Source: Camelus dromedarius
Taxonomy: Eukaryota
DNA: 64,000 bases
Direction: 5' to 3'
Assembly (NCBI RefSeq): GCF_036321535.1
Contig: NC_087436.1
Span: 57,724,001 to 57,788,000 of the forward strand
In this document: in pieces, positions 14,003 to 27,404 of the stretch
Numbering within the stretch: position 1 is the stretch's first letter
Layout of the letters: every line of letters begins with the position of its first letter
Position numbers and translations under genes: made by a program
The notes under the pieces: model-generated
The model's input: the letters and a program-made list of their open reading frames with translations, nothing else
Database searches by the model: none
Told to the model about the DNA's origin: nothing

Positions 14003-15894
14003 TGTAATAGGGAAGAACAAATCTGACTCCATATTAGATCTGTTCTTTAGCTCTAACCCTGTGCTCTGTTTCCAGTGCTTCGTCATGCTGGTTCTGCACC
14101 TTTTGTAAAAGAATGTTGCCTATGACCTGAAATATGCAGGACAACCCATTCTCAAGCTCTGACCTTTAAGGGTGTAACACTTTTCCATTCATATAGAGAT
14201 AAAAAGTTGCAGAACAGAGGATAACATTTGTCTTGTTGGAGGTTTACAGGAACATCATGACCTGACCAAGCAGGACTGTTGCAAGAACAAAGGATTTTGA
14301 TGCGAAGAAGTTTGCAACGACCTTCAGCAAATGGTGTTGGGAAAACCGGACAGCTGCATGTACATCAATGAAGTTAGAATACTCTCTCACACTACGCAAA
14401 AATAAACTCAAAATGGCTTAGACTTAAACATAAGACAAGATACAGTAAATCTAGAAGAAAACATAGGCAAAACATTATCACATACACACATCTCAGCAAT
14501 GTTCTCCTAGGGCAGTCTACCCAAGCCATAGAAATAAAAGCAAAAATAAACAAATGGGACCTAATTAAAGTTACAAGCTTTTGCACAGCAAGGAAACCAT
14601 AAGCAAAACAAAATGACAACCTACAGAATGGCAGAAAATGTTTGCAGAAGATGAGACTGACAAGGGCTTGATTTCCAGAATATATAAACAGCTCATATGA
14701 CATAATAAGAAAAAACCAAACAACCCAATCCAAAAATGGGCAGAAGACCTAAACAAGCAATTCTCTAATGAAGATACATGAATGACCAATAGGCACATGA
14801 AAAAATGCTCAATATCACTAATTATCAAAAAATGCAAATCAAAACTTCAATGAGGTATCACCTCACACCAGTCAGAATGGCTATCATTCAACAGTCCACA
14901 AATGATAAATGCTGGAGAGGGTGTGGAGAAAAGGGAACCCTCCTACACTGTTGGTGGGAGTGCAGTTTGGTACAGACATTGTGGAAAACAGTATGGAGAT
15001 TCTTCAAAAGATTAAAAATAGACTTACCATATGACCCAGCAGTCCCACTCATGGGCATATATCCAGAGGGAACCCTACTTCAAAAAGACACCTGCACCCC
15101 AATGTTCATAGCAGCACTATTTACAATAGCCAAGACATGGAAACAACCTATATGTCCATTAGCAGATGACTGGATAAAGAAGTTGTGGTATATTTATACA
15201 ATGGAATACTACTCAGTCATAAAAAAGATAAAATAATGCCATTTGTAGCAACATGGATGGCCCTGGAGAATGTCATTCTAAGTGAAGATATCCAGAAAGA
15301 GAAAGAAAAAGAAAAATACCATATGATATCACTCAAATGTGGAACCTAAAAAAAAAAAAAAAAGAGAGAGAGACAAATGAACTTATATATAAAACAGAAA
15401 CAGACTCATAGACATAGAATACAGACTTGTGGTTGCCAGGGGGGAGGGGGGTGGGAAGGGATAAACTGGGAGTTAGAGATTTGCAGATACTGACTGGTAT
15501 ATATAAAATAGGTAAACGAGTTTATACTGTATAACACAGGGAAATATATTCAATATCTCACAATGAAAAAGAATATGAAAATGAATATATGTATATTCAA
15601 GCATGACTGAAGAATTGTGCTATACACCAGAAACTGACACAACATTGTAAAGTGAGTATACCTCAATAAAAAAAAAGAAGAAGAAGTTTGCAACAGCCAA
15701 CCACACCCTTCCTCTTTTAATATAAAAAGAGCCTGAATTCAGACTTGGAGAAGATGGTTCTCTAGGACATTAGTCTACCATCTTCTCAGTCTACTGGCTT
15801 TCCGAATAAAGTCGTTATTCCTTGCCCCAACACCTAGTCTCCCAATTTATTGGCCAGTCCTGCTGCAAGCAGAATGAGTTTGGACTTAATAACA
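14003..15894 (+). mobile_element. Solo ERV1-class LTR (about 516 bp; possibly MER41-like) split by an L1: 14003-14318 and 15695-15894
   Basis: TGTAATAGGG...AATAACA termini, near-perfect 4-bp TSD (ttgc/ttgt), TATA (tataaaa near 15721) and AATAAA (near 15805) in the 3' half. Confidence 0.8.
14319..15679 (+). mobile_element. Young 5'-truncated L1 (ORF2 C-terminus, 3'UTR, poly-A)
   Basis: ORF 14805-15236 is L1 ORF2 C-terminal-like ([12 protein letters not shown]...[18 protein letters not shown]). It has a G-rich 3'UTR, AATAAA plus A-tail, and a 15-bp TSD gaagaagtttgcaac at 14304-14318 and 15680-15694. Confidence 0.97.
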
Positions 15895-16457
15895 TTGTTA
15901 CTACTTTGTGAACTGATAGGTTTTTCTAATTATTCTTTTTAAATTAATAACCCTAAATATGTCTCCCCACATATACTTCCATTGGCAATTATTAGCTATA
16001 ACCACGTATCTGTGATAAGTATGAGAAAAAGCAGGGGTATTTGGCAAAGGTCAGGACTAACTAATCACAATAATCTGCAAGAAATTTAGCACTAAGTAAT
16101 CTAGCGGATACTAATATAACACTGGGCATAGTTTAAATACATTATTTTCTCATCATTCAACATTTATAACCAAGAAGACACTTATTCATTAAAAATCTGC
16201 TGTGCTGGTATTATGGGATTCAAGGAAACATAGAACACCTTCTTTCACCTCCAAGAGTTGGTGATCTTTTTGACAGAAAAAGCCACAAAATTAAGAAAAC
16301 GAACAAACAAAACAAAACAAAAAACTATAACAAATTCCAGCATAGTAGTTAATTCTCAAAAGACTGATAACAGTAAGTGCTCAATATTTAAAGAAGGAAG
16401 GTAATACAAGGAAGGATTAGACTTCATCAAAGAAAATGATTAGAAAAACCAGAGCAT

Positions 16458-17035
16458 TGTATAGCAGTCTGCCTGCAAGACAGCCACAGATTATTCCCCC
16501 CTCGCCTGTGCAAGCACAGCCATCTTCAAGAGGCACAGTCCATTCCCCCCATCCCTGACTCTGGGCTTGCTCTATGACTTGTTTTCACCAATAGAATGGG
16601 ACAGGAGGGATGACACACGATTTCTGAGCCTGGGCCTGGGCCTTAAGATATCTTGCAGCTTTTTTTTCCCCCTCATTTTTTGGAAGCTAATAATCAAGTT
16701 TTGTTTGTTTGTTTGTTTGTTTTGTTTTTGCTTTTGTTTTTTAAAAGATTGAGCTAGAATACTCAATAATGAGAGATTGTGTGGAAAGAGAAAGATACCA
16801 CGTGGAAGAGAACCCAGCCAACACCTAACAAGGCCCTAGACATGCGAGTGATGCCCTGGATCCTCTGACCTCAGTTGGGCTATACCAGTCAACACCATGT
16901 GGAGCAGAGGTGATCCAACCCCACTGAGCCCTGCCTGAATACCAGCGCCATAGAATCCTTACAAATAAAATAGTTTTTGTTTTAAGCCAGTAAGTTTTGA
17001 GGTGTTTTGTTATGCAGTAATAGATCATTGAAACC
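16458..17035 (+). mobile_element. MLT1 (MaLR) solo LTR
   Basis: ctctgggcttgctctatgacttgttttcaccaatagaatg...ttttaagccagtaagttttgaggtgttttgttatgcag. Confidence 0.85.
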
Positions 17036-17320
17036 CATGGTTTATGGACAGTCAATGGTCATCTTTGTTTCTGAAGCTGCCTGGACACTCAAGGCTCCTA
17101 GAAGGCAGTAGGAAGTTGAACATATATGTACATATATGAGGAATATTCCTTTGTTTCCCCAATACTTTCCTGTATATCATAAATCTTTTTTGAAAAATTA
17201 AAAAATGTTTCCCTACTGTAATTCATATAGACATTTTTGCATGTACTTTTATCTTTGTAGTACCTGATTAAAACACTTTCAAAATCATCCATGCTTTGCA
17301 AAATAAGGCAAATTGGATCA

Positions 17321-17792
17321 TGGTTTGTTTCCTAGGGCTGACATAACAAATCACCACAATTTCAGCAGTATAAAACAACATAAATTTGTTCTCTCACAGA
17401 TCCAGAGAACAGATCTGAAATCACGGGCTGTGCTCTCTCCAAAGGCTCTAGGGGAGAATCTTTCCTTGCCTCTTCCAGCTTCCGGTGGCTCCAGACACTC
17501 CTTGGCTTGTGGCTGTGTAACTCCAATCTCTGTCTCTCAGGTCTCTACGTGGCCACCTCATCTTTGCCCTTCTCTTTCTCAAATAGCCCACCATCTTTCA
17601 AATGATACTTGTCATTGAATCTATGTTCCACATGGATAACCCACGATGACCTCATCTCAAAATTCTTATATTAATTACATCTGCAAAGTCTGTTTCCCAA
17701 ACAAGGACCCATATACAGGTTCCAAGAGTTAGCTCATGGACATATTTATTTATTTGTTTATTTTGGAGGGGATGACCATTCAACTCAGTAGA
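17321..17792 (-). mobile_element. MLT1 (B/C-like) solo LTR
   Basis: tttcctagggctg..ataacaaatcaccaca...aattacatctgcaaag; 5-bp TSD GATCA at 17316-17320 and 17793-17797. Confidence 0.9.
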
Positions 17793-20474
17793 GATCATAG
17801 TTCATAAATTCTCATTTTAGTATCAAGCCTGTTTTTATCAGGTCTATTTAGTTAAAACATAATCTCTTTGGGGAAAAACTTTATGAAATCCATATCTATT
17901 GGGGACAACTGATTTTCTGTATTTATTGATTGGTCTAAATTTCCTCAAATTAGAATTGAGAAAGCACTTCCTAACAATGATGAATTTACTCTTGCCACAC
18001 CTCTCAAATAAGTCTCCTCTGACATTTATTATCTGGGGCATTAATCTAGTTTTTAATCACTTACTTGCCTATTTTCCCCAACAAGATCACCTTTTTATTT
18101 ATTATAATACCTGCTGCACTTTTGTATCACCAACATAATAGCATATAGTCAATAAATGGTTTTTGATCCAAAGATTTCTTTCTTTAGTCTCAATTTGCCT
18201 TAATAAATATATGAACGGGTTTATTAGTCCTTAGACATACCCACATGCATTTCAAATATACCTTTTTATCTGCAATGGAGAAAAACAGTAAGAAAATACC
18301 TCTCACTTCTTGAATCTAATCTATGTTTGTCTTTCTAAAGCCAATTGTAGAAATGGAAGGGAAAGAATAAGCTATGTATGATTACCTTCTGTCAGACATA
18401 GATACTAAAATCAGAGTGAGTAAAAGCACACCCATCTCAAATATTTTCAAATAACTTTTACAATCTGAGTTCTTACCATTATGTTAATTCAGTCAATATT
18501 TTGGTTGATCCTTAATCCAATGTTTTTATATTTAAATAGATAGTTTGTCTAATTTATAGTAGCCTGTATAAAGACAGAATAAACTTTTAATGAAAGTTGG
18601 TCATTTATGGTATGTACACTCAAACTATTTTACGACAATGTAATTTTTCTATAGGTTTGCCTATTGTATGCTCGATGTAAGGAGTATGTATTTCTTAAGA
18701 CATCTTTCCTTAATGTAAAGATCCATAAGCAGGTATCATCCCTGCCTTGTGAATGAATAATAATTAAGACCACAGGTTAATGAGGATGAAATCATTAACC
18801 AATCCCAGTCTTCTGTACATAGTAGGGATTATTCAAGAGGTAACAATAGAATTCTTGTAAAGAGATGTTTATTCAACTAAGGAAATGATTTCACCTGAGA
18901 GCTTATCCTCCCAGAAAAAAACAAACCATAGCCTTTCTCCAAAGTCACAGCAGAATACAGTATCCGACGCACAAAGGCTTCAGGCCAAAGAATAAAGACA
19001 GAGATTCAGAAAAGACACTTGGGCAGTAACAGAAATTTAAAATAAAAACGTAGAATATAGGCAGACTAAAACTGAGATTATTCTCTTAGCCATACCTTTC
19101 TGAGGAATATCTCTAGTTCTTTAATAAAAACACATTTAAAAATCAGTATCAGAACCCCATCACATGTCTTTATGAATTTTGTGAACCTATATAGTAAAGT
19201 GTATAAAATTTTATTATACTAAATTAATAAAATCCAGAGTAAATGAACCTGGGAGAAGCTGATCAACTTATAATAACAATTATGGAATCCTTAGTAGAGA
19301 AATAGGTAAGACCCTTCCTCTACATGATACTGCTTTAACAAGGTTTACTTCTCAGGAATATTGACACAGTCATTATACTGGATCTTTCTATTTAATCTTC
19401 CACTAAAATTGGAAAAGTCAGCTGCTCTTCTTTATATGGAAACCACTTTGGGGATTTATTAAAATCTCAATTCAATTTAAAGAAGTGTTAATTTGGCTAA
19501 AGTAAAAAAATGGTCTCTGGATTTAAACATATTAAATTATTTTCAAAACACACTATAAAGGAAATAGTCAACCTTAAAATTTTGAAAAGAAGTGATTTTG
19601 AGAAAAAACATTTGTAACACTCCTTCTATCTATCATTTATGGAGGGCTTACTGTGTACCTGAAACTGCTGAGCATTTACATTCATTATTTCATTTAATCT
19701 TAATCATGAAGTTTTCTGAGTTTTAAACTATTAAGTTAAACCTTATGAAATTACTGAAATTTTACTATTTTTGACCTAAAATTGAAATTACACATGCTGT
19801 AATCAAAAGGTAATCATAGAACAATTCTGACTTAGATAATATTCTTGTTCATTTAATTCACACATATCATCTTTTTTTTCCCCCTAGAATGCTTTTTAAA
19901 ATGCAAGGTTATTGTGTAAAATAAAATAGAAACTGTAGATTTTGACATTAATTTTGGTTTTAGTAAAGATGTTTTCTAACCCAGAGGGAAAAGATTCTTG
20001 AAACACTTCAAACATCACCTCAATCCTCAAAAGTGTTATTACAGTATTTTATGCAGTCAGATTAACAGCTGGATTGGGCATATTTTGAAATATATTTGGG
20101 ACAGGAGGGCATAAAATGACAAGCACTATTGTGTGAAGTCTAAATTTATTAAGTTGAACACTATCAGAGAAACATCTGGGACAGGCTACCACAGGTGACT
20201 AGAATATTATGCTAATTGATGGTGACATCAAAGTTGAATCCTCACATAAGGTCGTTAGCCTGGAGAGCAGAAACACGTCCCTCCAACCAGAGCTTGTTCT
20301 CCTAACCCCAGCAAGCTCTCCAATGCACAAAATTAACCTCACAAGAAAAACTCAAGAAACACATTGATTCATCAAAATGCATCATTACCACAGGAAAAGC
20401 AACAAAAAAGAGGTACCAAAAAACACTTCATGACCATTTACTAAATATAAAATGCCAACATAAAACCTTAAAAC

Positions 20475-21750
20475 TTTCTTTATTATCAAAATTTTCAAAT
20501 ATAGAGAGAATTGAAACATGAATCTAAGTAGTCATTACCCTGCTTAGTCAATTATCAACTCATTTTCCATCTTGTTTATTTATATCCCTACCCTTTTCTG
20601 CCACCATCCCTATCAGATTTATTTTGAAATAAATGCCAGACATTATATGATTTTATTTCTAATTATTTTAGTATATAGTTCTGAAAATTAAGAGGTGTTT
20701 TAAAAACACAATCATGATACCAATATCATGCTCCCTAAAATTAATAATTTTTCAATATTATCACATATAGTTCATATTCCTATTGCCCTCATTTATTCAA
20801 ATTAGGATCCATATTTCACAATAGTTAAAGTGTCTCTTGAGTCTCTTTATTTAAGGATTCTCTGTTATCTATCTTCATTTGTTTCTACAATTTATATGTC
20901 AAAGAAAAATGAGTTATATTTTCTGTAGTTTCCCAAGGTCTGGATTGTGACAAATCGCTCTGTGTCACTTAGCATGTCCTTCTGTCCACTGTATTTTGTG
21001 TAAATTGATAAATCTAGCGGATTGATCTAATTCAGTGTAATATTTGGCAAGAATTTGGTGTTGTGTATTTTAAGCAGAAGGCACATAATGTCTGTCTCCT
21101 TCTTCCTTAGTAATATTATCAGCTATTGATGTTCATTTGTTATTTTCATTAGTGTTATGGGTTAAAATGTGTTGCCCTAAAATTCATATACTGAAGCCCT
21201 AATTCCCAGAACTTCAGAACATGACTGAATTTGGAGATAGGGCCTTTAAAAGAGGTACTTAAAGTTAAGGGAGGTCATATGAGCTGCCCCAATCCTGTCA
21301 GACTGATGTACTTACAGGGAGAGGATTTTAGGGTACACAGAGAGATACCAGGGCTAGAGCACAGAGAGGAAAGGCCACACGAGCGCACAGCAAGGGGGCC
21401 GCCTGCAAGCCAAGGAGAGAGGCCTCAGGGGGAACCAAGCCTGCTGACACCCTGATCTTGGACGTCCAGCCTCTGGAACTGAGAGAGAGTAACTTTTGTG
21501 TGTGTAAGCCACCCAGTGTGTGGTAATTTGTTGTGGTAGCCCTAGCAAACAAATATAATTAGTGATGACAAAATGCCAGTGCTCTAATTCTCTCATTTCT
21601 TCTTAGTCATGAGGAATATTTGAATTAAAAATCCACTTTCCTTCATTAATTATTTGGTTAACCGAAGGTAGGTTTTGTCTTCACAAAAAATTAAATTGTC
21701 TCATCAGCATCCTCTACAGAGAAATATATCATTATAACTCATGATTTAAA
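20475..21750 (-). mobile_element. Old L1M 3'UTR fragment, interrupted by MLT1
   Basis: attatcaaaattttcaaatatagag...attttgaaataaatgccagacattatatgatttta is typical of an antisense L1MC/ME 3' end. Confidence 0.65.
21153..21557 (+). mobile_element. MLT1A/B-like solo LTR
   Basis: tgttatgggttaaaatgtg...tttggagatagggcctttaaa...gtagccctagcaaacaaatata; 5-bp TSD ATTAG at 21148-21152 and 21558-21562. Confidence 0.92.
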
Positions 21751-22510
21751 TATATCTGGTGGTCAAAGAGTAAGTGCTCTGGCCTCCTGCCCTAAAATTA
21801 ACCCTGGCGAAATTACAGAGTGAAACAGAGGTTCAAGAAACCTATACAACAGTCCTGTGGGGAGCTCCTGGGAGGAGGAAGCAAGCACCAAAGTGGAGTG
21901 TCTAGAATATATGTTGTCGCAGCCTGGGGAGAGGCCAACAGAAAGCAACAAGGAAAGAAGCGACTAAAGCATTTCAAATTCAGCTCCTGCCTTTTCCATG
22001 TATTGACTTGTAATATCATTGTCTGGCTCTTCCTTGCAGAAATCTGAGGTAGCTACCCACAGCATGGATTAATTTATTGGGGGTGGGGCAATGCGAAGAA
22101 CAGCAGAATAGTACAAAAATTCTGCCGGGATAAGGAACTGAAAAAAAACAGATACAGGCGGACCAGCTTTCCACATCTGCTTGCCCCTGCTTTCCCCCTT
22201 CAGGCCTCTAGACTATGATTACAACTCAGTGATAATTCCCATTCCAATAGCTGCCTCCTTCTGCAAGAGCTCAACAATTTATTTTTGATGTGGGGGCAAA
22301 AAAAGTGACTAACTGTAGTATTGTGGTATGTGACTCCCCAGGGCTCATCACTTTTCTTAGCCTTGAACCTATCAAGAACAATAGAGACTAAAGTGACTAT
22401 CCCTCGCACATTATGAGAAAGGCATATTCTCAGACAAATATGAGCCCACAGGCCAAAATATTTATACATCAGAAGATTCAAAAGATACCACAACAACCTG
22501 AACAACACAT

Positions 22511-23011
22511 TGTCAAAATTGCAAAGGGTCTCAGATTTTATCCTTTTTGCAGGCTAACATTGTCTTGCCACAATCTCATGATGTTAGCAGAAGACACACT
22601 CCTGGGTCAGAGTCAAATGACACTACTTCCCATAGTGTAAAGCAGTATCTGCATTGGTATCTGTTCATCAAGCCCTAGTTGCCACAGGATGATACAAAGA
22701 GGGCCGAGTGATGCCTACACAAGCAGTATGTTGAATTTCAGGAGGGGAACTCTGAGCTTTGGGACCCCCAGATCTTTTATGAGAGGCAAGGAGCTTGCTG
22801 GCCCCTTGCTCCTGAGGGTTGCTGCATTTTTATTATACTGGACAGAAAACAAATCTCACCTTTGCTGTGGAGAAAGACCCTATTATTATCTTCCAAGGCT
22901 GTTAACTATACTAACATTTTTGAAAGACTAGTTTAAAATAAAGGCAGTCAGTGCCTTAATTCATAAAAGGCACAAATATACTAGAGGCTCAAGAAAAATT
23001 GTCTCCCAACA
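22511..23011 (-). mobile_element. ERV1 solo LTR, MER90-like
   Basis: The minus strand starts TGTTGGGAGACAATT; the other end reads gggtctcagattttatcctttttgcaggctaac. Related to the copy at 55414-55898. Confidence 0.75.
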
Positions 23012-26000
23012 CATATACAATGTAAAGCTTTAAGAAGAAAAAAATTGATCCCATATTTATAAGAGGAATATTTTAGGAGATAAATTTTCAAAACAAAATA
23101 AAATTGGAGCTATTGACATAAGGCATAGTATTTACATATATAAAATTCTGTTTTTTCTTTCTAATTCTTATCATTTATTCCCTGCCCACTATGTGCTATT
23201 TAGGACTTAGGCAGGATTAAAAATACAATGTAAACTAAACTGTCAGCTGGAATCTTCTGTGGTTTTATATTGAGGTAATAATTGCTCATGGGAATTTTAA
23301 TTAGAACATATATTTCCTTTACAGATATTCTCTATTTCCAGATTTGGATTATGAAATGTATTCCATGTCTTTTTTTAACACAGATAATAGTTTTGGACTT
23401 TGAGAAAATTTCTGAACATGCTTAGGTAAGAACACATGCTATTCAATCATACATTCAATAATCATACTTTTTAGTTTAACCTGTTAATAAAGAAATTAAT
23501 AAAACTTACTGGAAAATACATATTTTAAAAGTAAAAAATTAACACATTTTTAAGCAGAGTTAACTCCCAGCCACACACCTTCCTCCCTTTTTTCATGTGG
23601 TTGTGATGAAAACATAGTCATAAATATCTACATATACTTTTGTCTCCTAGGAATTTATTCAGGACAGAGAATGAAAACCACATGTTCCTAGATAGGATAA
23701 CCTTCAGGGATGCATTTAGGGAGGGCTTTATGGGGGATTTCAACTGTTGACTCTTAGCTGTCAAGGAAAGGTAAAATTATATACTGACTTTTTTAAAGGT
23801 AAACAAACAAAAACAAAATACTATCTGGCAAAACTCAAATTATGAGTTAGAACAGACTAACCAAATAAAAATTGACCCAGCTATATTTATACCTCTGTAT
23901 TTTAGGGTAAGTACAATTCCTTACTGTACTATTTCCCCAGCTTATCCACTAATTAATTATTCTTTTAAAGATTGATTGATCACATGAAAGGCTACTAAAG
24001 ATGAAACAACTGGCACACCTGAGCACTCCTGCTATGACTGTTTCCTCACATGTGGTCCATTGCTAGCCCATATCGACTCTGAAACGGTGGTGTGATTTAA
24101 TCAAAATATGCCACATTGTTTGGAATCTGAATATGAAGAGCTAATATGACATAGCTTTGCCTTCCTTAGGCACAAAGAAAAACACATTTAAAAAATGATA
24201 TCATTTAAAATGAATTTTCTTCATCTACATGACAGCATCTGTTGGAGTTATAATGACCTAACTTGACAATGCAATCTAACTGTCCCAACTATTTAAGTGG
24301 AAAGTGATATATTATTGATGCACGGTGGGTTTTAAATCAAGAATTGGCATGGAGACAACAATTTGCCACTTAAGACAATACGTGATAGCATGAAACTACC
24401 CTAATAAGCCTTCTATAGTATAGATAAATCTTTGAAAATTGAGCTATTGTTTTAAGCATTTCTAAATCTATTTCTTTGCCAATACTCCCATCATTTAAAC
24501 AAAAGCAATTTGCTACACACTCTAGTAGCCTTCCTCAACTGGCACTCCTTGTTTGAATTAAAGACCAAAAAAAATTTTTTTTCAGTGACTATTTTCTCAG
24601 CTCTCCCCAGAGTGGTACATAGTATCACCAGTACAGTCAAGATGCATAGGAGAGAAGTTAGTTAATTATATCCAGTGGATGCTCTAAGTGTCTAGGCTAA
24701 TCTCTCGGTGAGCAACGCCACTAAGGCTGACTACCACAACAAAGATTCACTCACAGAAGAATTCATGCTCTCTATGTCAATTAAGATTCTGGGGATATAA
24801 ACAAGATCCATTAATCAAGAAAGAGGCCCTCTGGAGTACAAAGATGTATAAGACACGATTGCTGTCCATAGTTTATAGCATCTTATTGGAGAGATGATAA
24901 ATGAGCATAAGTCAACAAGTCACATTCTGTGTAACTGCCCTGTATACTGATATAACTAAATGGTTACTGCATTATAATATGAAGAGATTAAATTGATTAA
25001 TCATGTTACCATTTGCCAGTGCAGAAATGAAATTAAAGAAACGTTTTTCCCAGGTGTGGGGAAAAAAGTCCTTAGGAAAGAGGTGTTATTTGAACTACGA
25101 GCAGAGAGTGAATAAGAACAAAAGATGGCAGAAAATTCTAGTTTGAAGAATAGCAGAAGCAAAACCCCAGGTTTAAGTGTGATAAATATTAGCGAGTTCT
25201 GAGTTAAGGAAGGGATTAAAGAGACAGCAATTGATTCCTATGGAAAAATTATGGGAAACAAGGCTGAATGCAAAAGGTAGGTAAAGATTATAAAGCACTC
25301 TGAAGGCTTCAGAGATGGGTTTCAGATGAGACTAAAAAGAGTGAATCTCTTTAGTCTCTTCCTAATAAGGAATATGATGGCTTTCTGGAGGGTCCTGGGT
25401 AGTAAAATAGATGCTCACAAAGAGTATTATCTACTTAGATAGTATACACTTATCAAATGATCAGTACTTGTTGGGACTTATACATACTCTATACAGATTT
25501 TCATAATTATCTTACAAATTGGGCATTATCAGCAAGGTTCTCAAAAGTTACTATCTTCCCCTGGTCATATAGCCAGGTATGTGGTACTTATTGTATCACA
25601 AAAAGATCTGTCTGATTCCAATGCTATTTAAGCATACAGTATTCAAGATGAATGCAGTATTTATAGAAGACTAGTTTGGAAACAGAATGGAAAATGAAAT
25701 AAAGGAAGACACTAGAGGCACAGAAATCATTTAGGAGGCAATTAAATGAATCCTCCACCAATGATGAAGGACCAAAGGGAGAGAAAAAGAAAGAGGAAGC
25801 AATTGGTAAAAGAATCAAGGTTTAGAGAATAATGGAGAAAAGAGGGCTGTGTGGTCATGCAATGTAAGAGAAGATAGGCCAACAAGGAGAAATTTGTAGT
25901 CAGGGCAGGGGAATATAGGAAGAGGTCAGAATAATGATAAAAATAATTTTTACAATAATTCCTGTTGTCAGGTGTGCATGGATAGTTCCCTTTTTCTGCA

Positions 26001-26404
26001 AGATCCTCCTCTGGCTTTTCTAGTTGCCAAATTCCTTGAAGACTCAATTCAAATTTAATTTCCTGGTATAAAAATTTCTTTCACATTCTTTGGAAGATGA
26101 ATCACTGCTGAGATCCTTAACATCTATATATAGCTATTTGATCATGTTACACTGTATTGTTACCGTCACTTAACTTGTGTTTCTTTGACAGTATACAATG
26201 AGGGCACTGAAGATAGGGGATCTCTCTCATATTTATAGTAAAATATAAAGTATACATGTTACTTTGTAATTACAAAAGAAATACATGCTAACTATGCAAA
26301 TACCAATACATAGAAAAATAGAAAGTAAAGCACAGCTTCTTTTAAATGTAGAATTTATTATTATTTCTTAGCTTAGTTGGAATTACAATATTCATAATTT
26401 TGTT

Positions 26405-26610
26405 AATATAGTCTGGTTATTATGAGCCCAGACTCTGAAGTCAGACTGAGTAGAGCACACAGCCTTGCTTGGTCACTTACAGTTGAGTAAGACTGAGTAC
26501 TCTCCTGTCATCTCTGTGTCTCAATCCCCCTAACTCTAAACTGGGGATCTTAATACCACTTCCCTCATAGTGTTATGAGGATTAAATGAGTTAGTACATG
26601 TAAGTTAGCT
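26405..26610 (+). mobile_element. MIR SINE
   Basis: cagactctgaagtcagactg...tctctgtgtctcaatcccc...atgaggattaaatgagttagtacatgtaa. Confidence 0.8.
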
Positions 26611-27404
26611 GTTTCATTTTTAAACCATCTCTTCAGGGACCACTCCACCTCTATTTTTAGTGGTTGTAATACTTAATCTCTGCCTCAGTATTTGGCTTGT
26701 GAATCCAGATCTCAAAGATCAGACAAGTCCATCCTCTGACCAGACTGACTCGTTCAAAGATGGGAGAGTGATTAAAGTAATGTCAACCAGAGCCCTCCAT
26801 TCATCTTTTAGACATTTTCTGGAACAACTGAGCATGAGGCATTCCCTTTTTGCCAGGATTGTTAAATATGAGGACAGGGTCTAGAGCTGTAGTTTTGTCA
26901 TCATAGGGGGAAAATCTACCTGAGGAGGAAGCCAAAGAAAAGAAAAGTAATGGAGAAAGTAATGGAGAGTAATGGAGAAAGATGGACAGTTTCCTAATGA
27001 TGTTGCTTGAGCCCCCAAATTTAATTGTCCATGGTGCCTGCAGTCCTCCTGGGCTTCCCAATTACATAATCCAGCAAGGTTCTTTTTTTGCTTAAACTTT
27101 GAATTAGCTTATTTCAAGCAACTCTAATATTCTTGACAAATATGATGTTTTTTGCCTTTGATTAAAAGATACATATTTTCAAAAATTCTATTTTAGAATT
27201 ATCTGGCTTTATGCAGTACCAATATTGACTCAATAACTGTTTTCTTAATCAGTAATTGAATGCATCGTCCCATTTTACTGTAGGAGCTGTTACACATTGA
27301 TTTCCTGGTTCTAGACGCTTTTTGCTTAATTCTTCAACCATATTTATGATTATAAAACAAATACAGGTAAGTCATGCCATTTAAATGTACCAAAGTCTTT
27401 AATT

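Noticed and set aside
14805..15236. 143-aa ORF (and 57353-58165 ORFs) as host genes
   Set aside because: These are fragments of L1 ORF2 in 5'-truncated, mutated copies.
15439..15470. G-quadruplex-like G-tract
   Set aside because: This is a standard feature of L1 3'UTRs.
22020..22055. Plus-strand 9-nt microexon-like pattern (cttccttgcag|AAATCTGAG|gtagct)
   Set aside because: It is antisense to GRID2, has a weak donor and has no partner exons.
26946..26981. agtaatggag repeated three times
   Set aside because: A short slippage tandem repeat with no spacers; not CRISPR-like.
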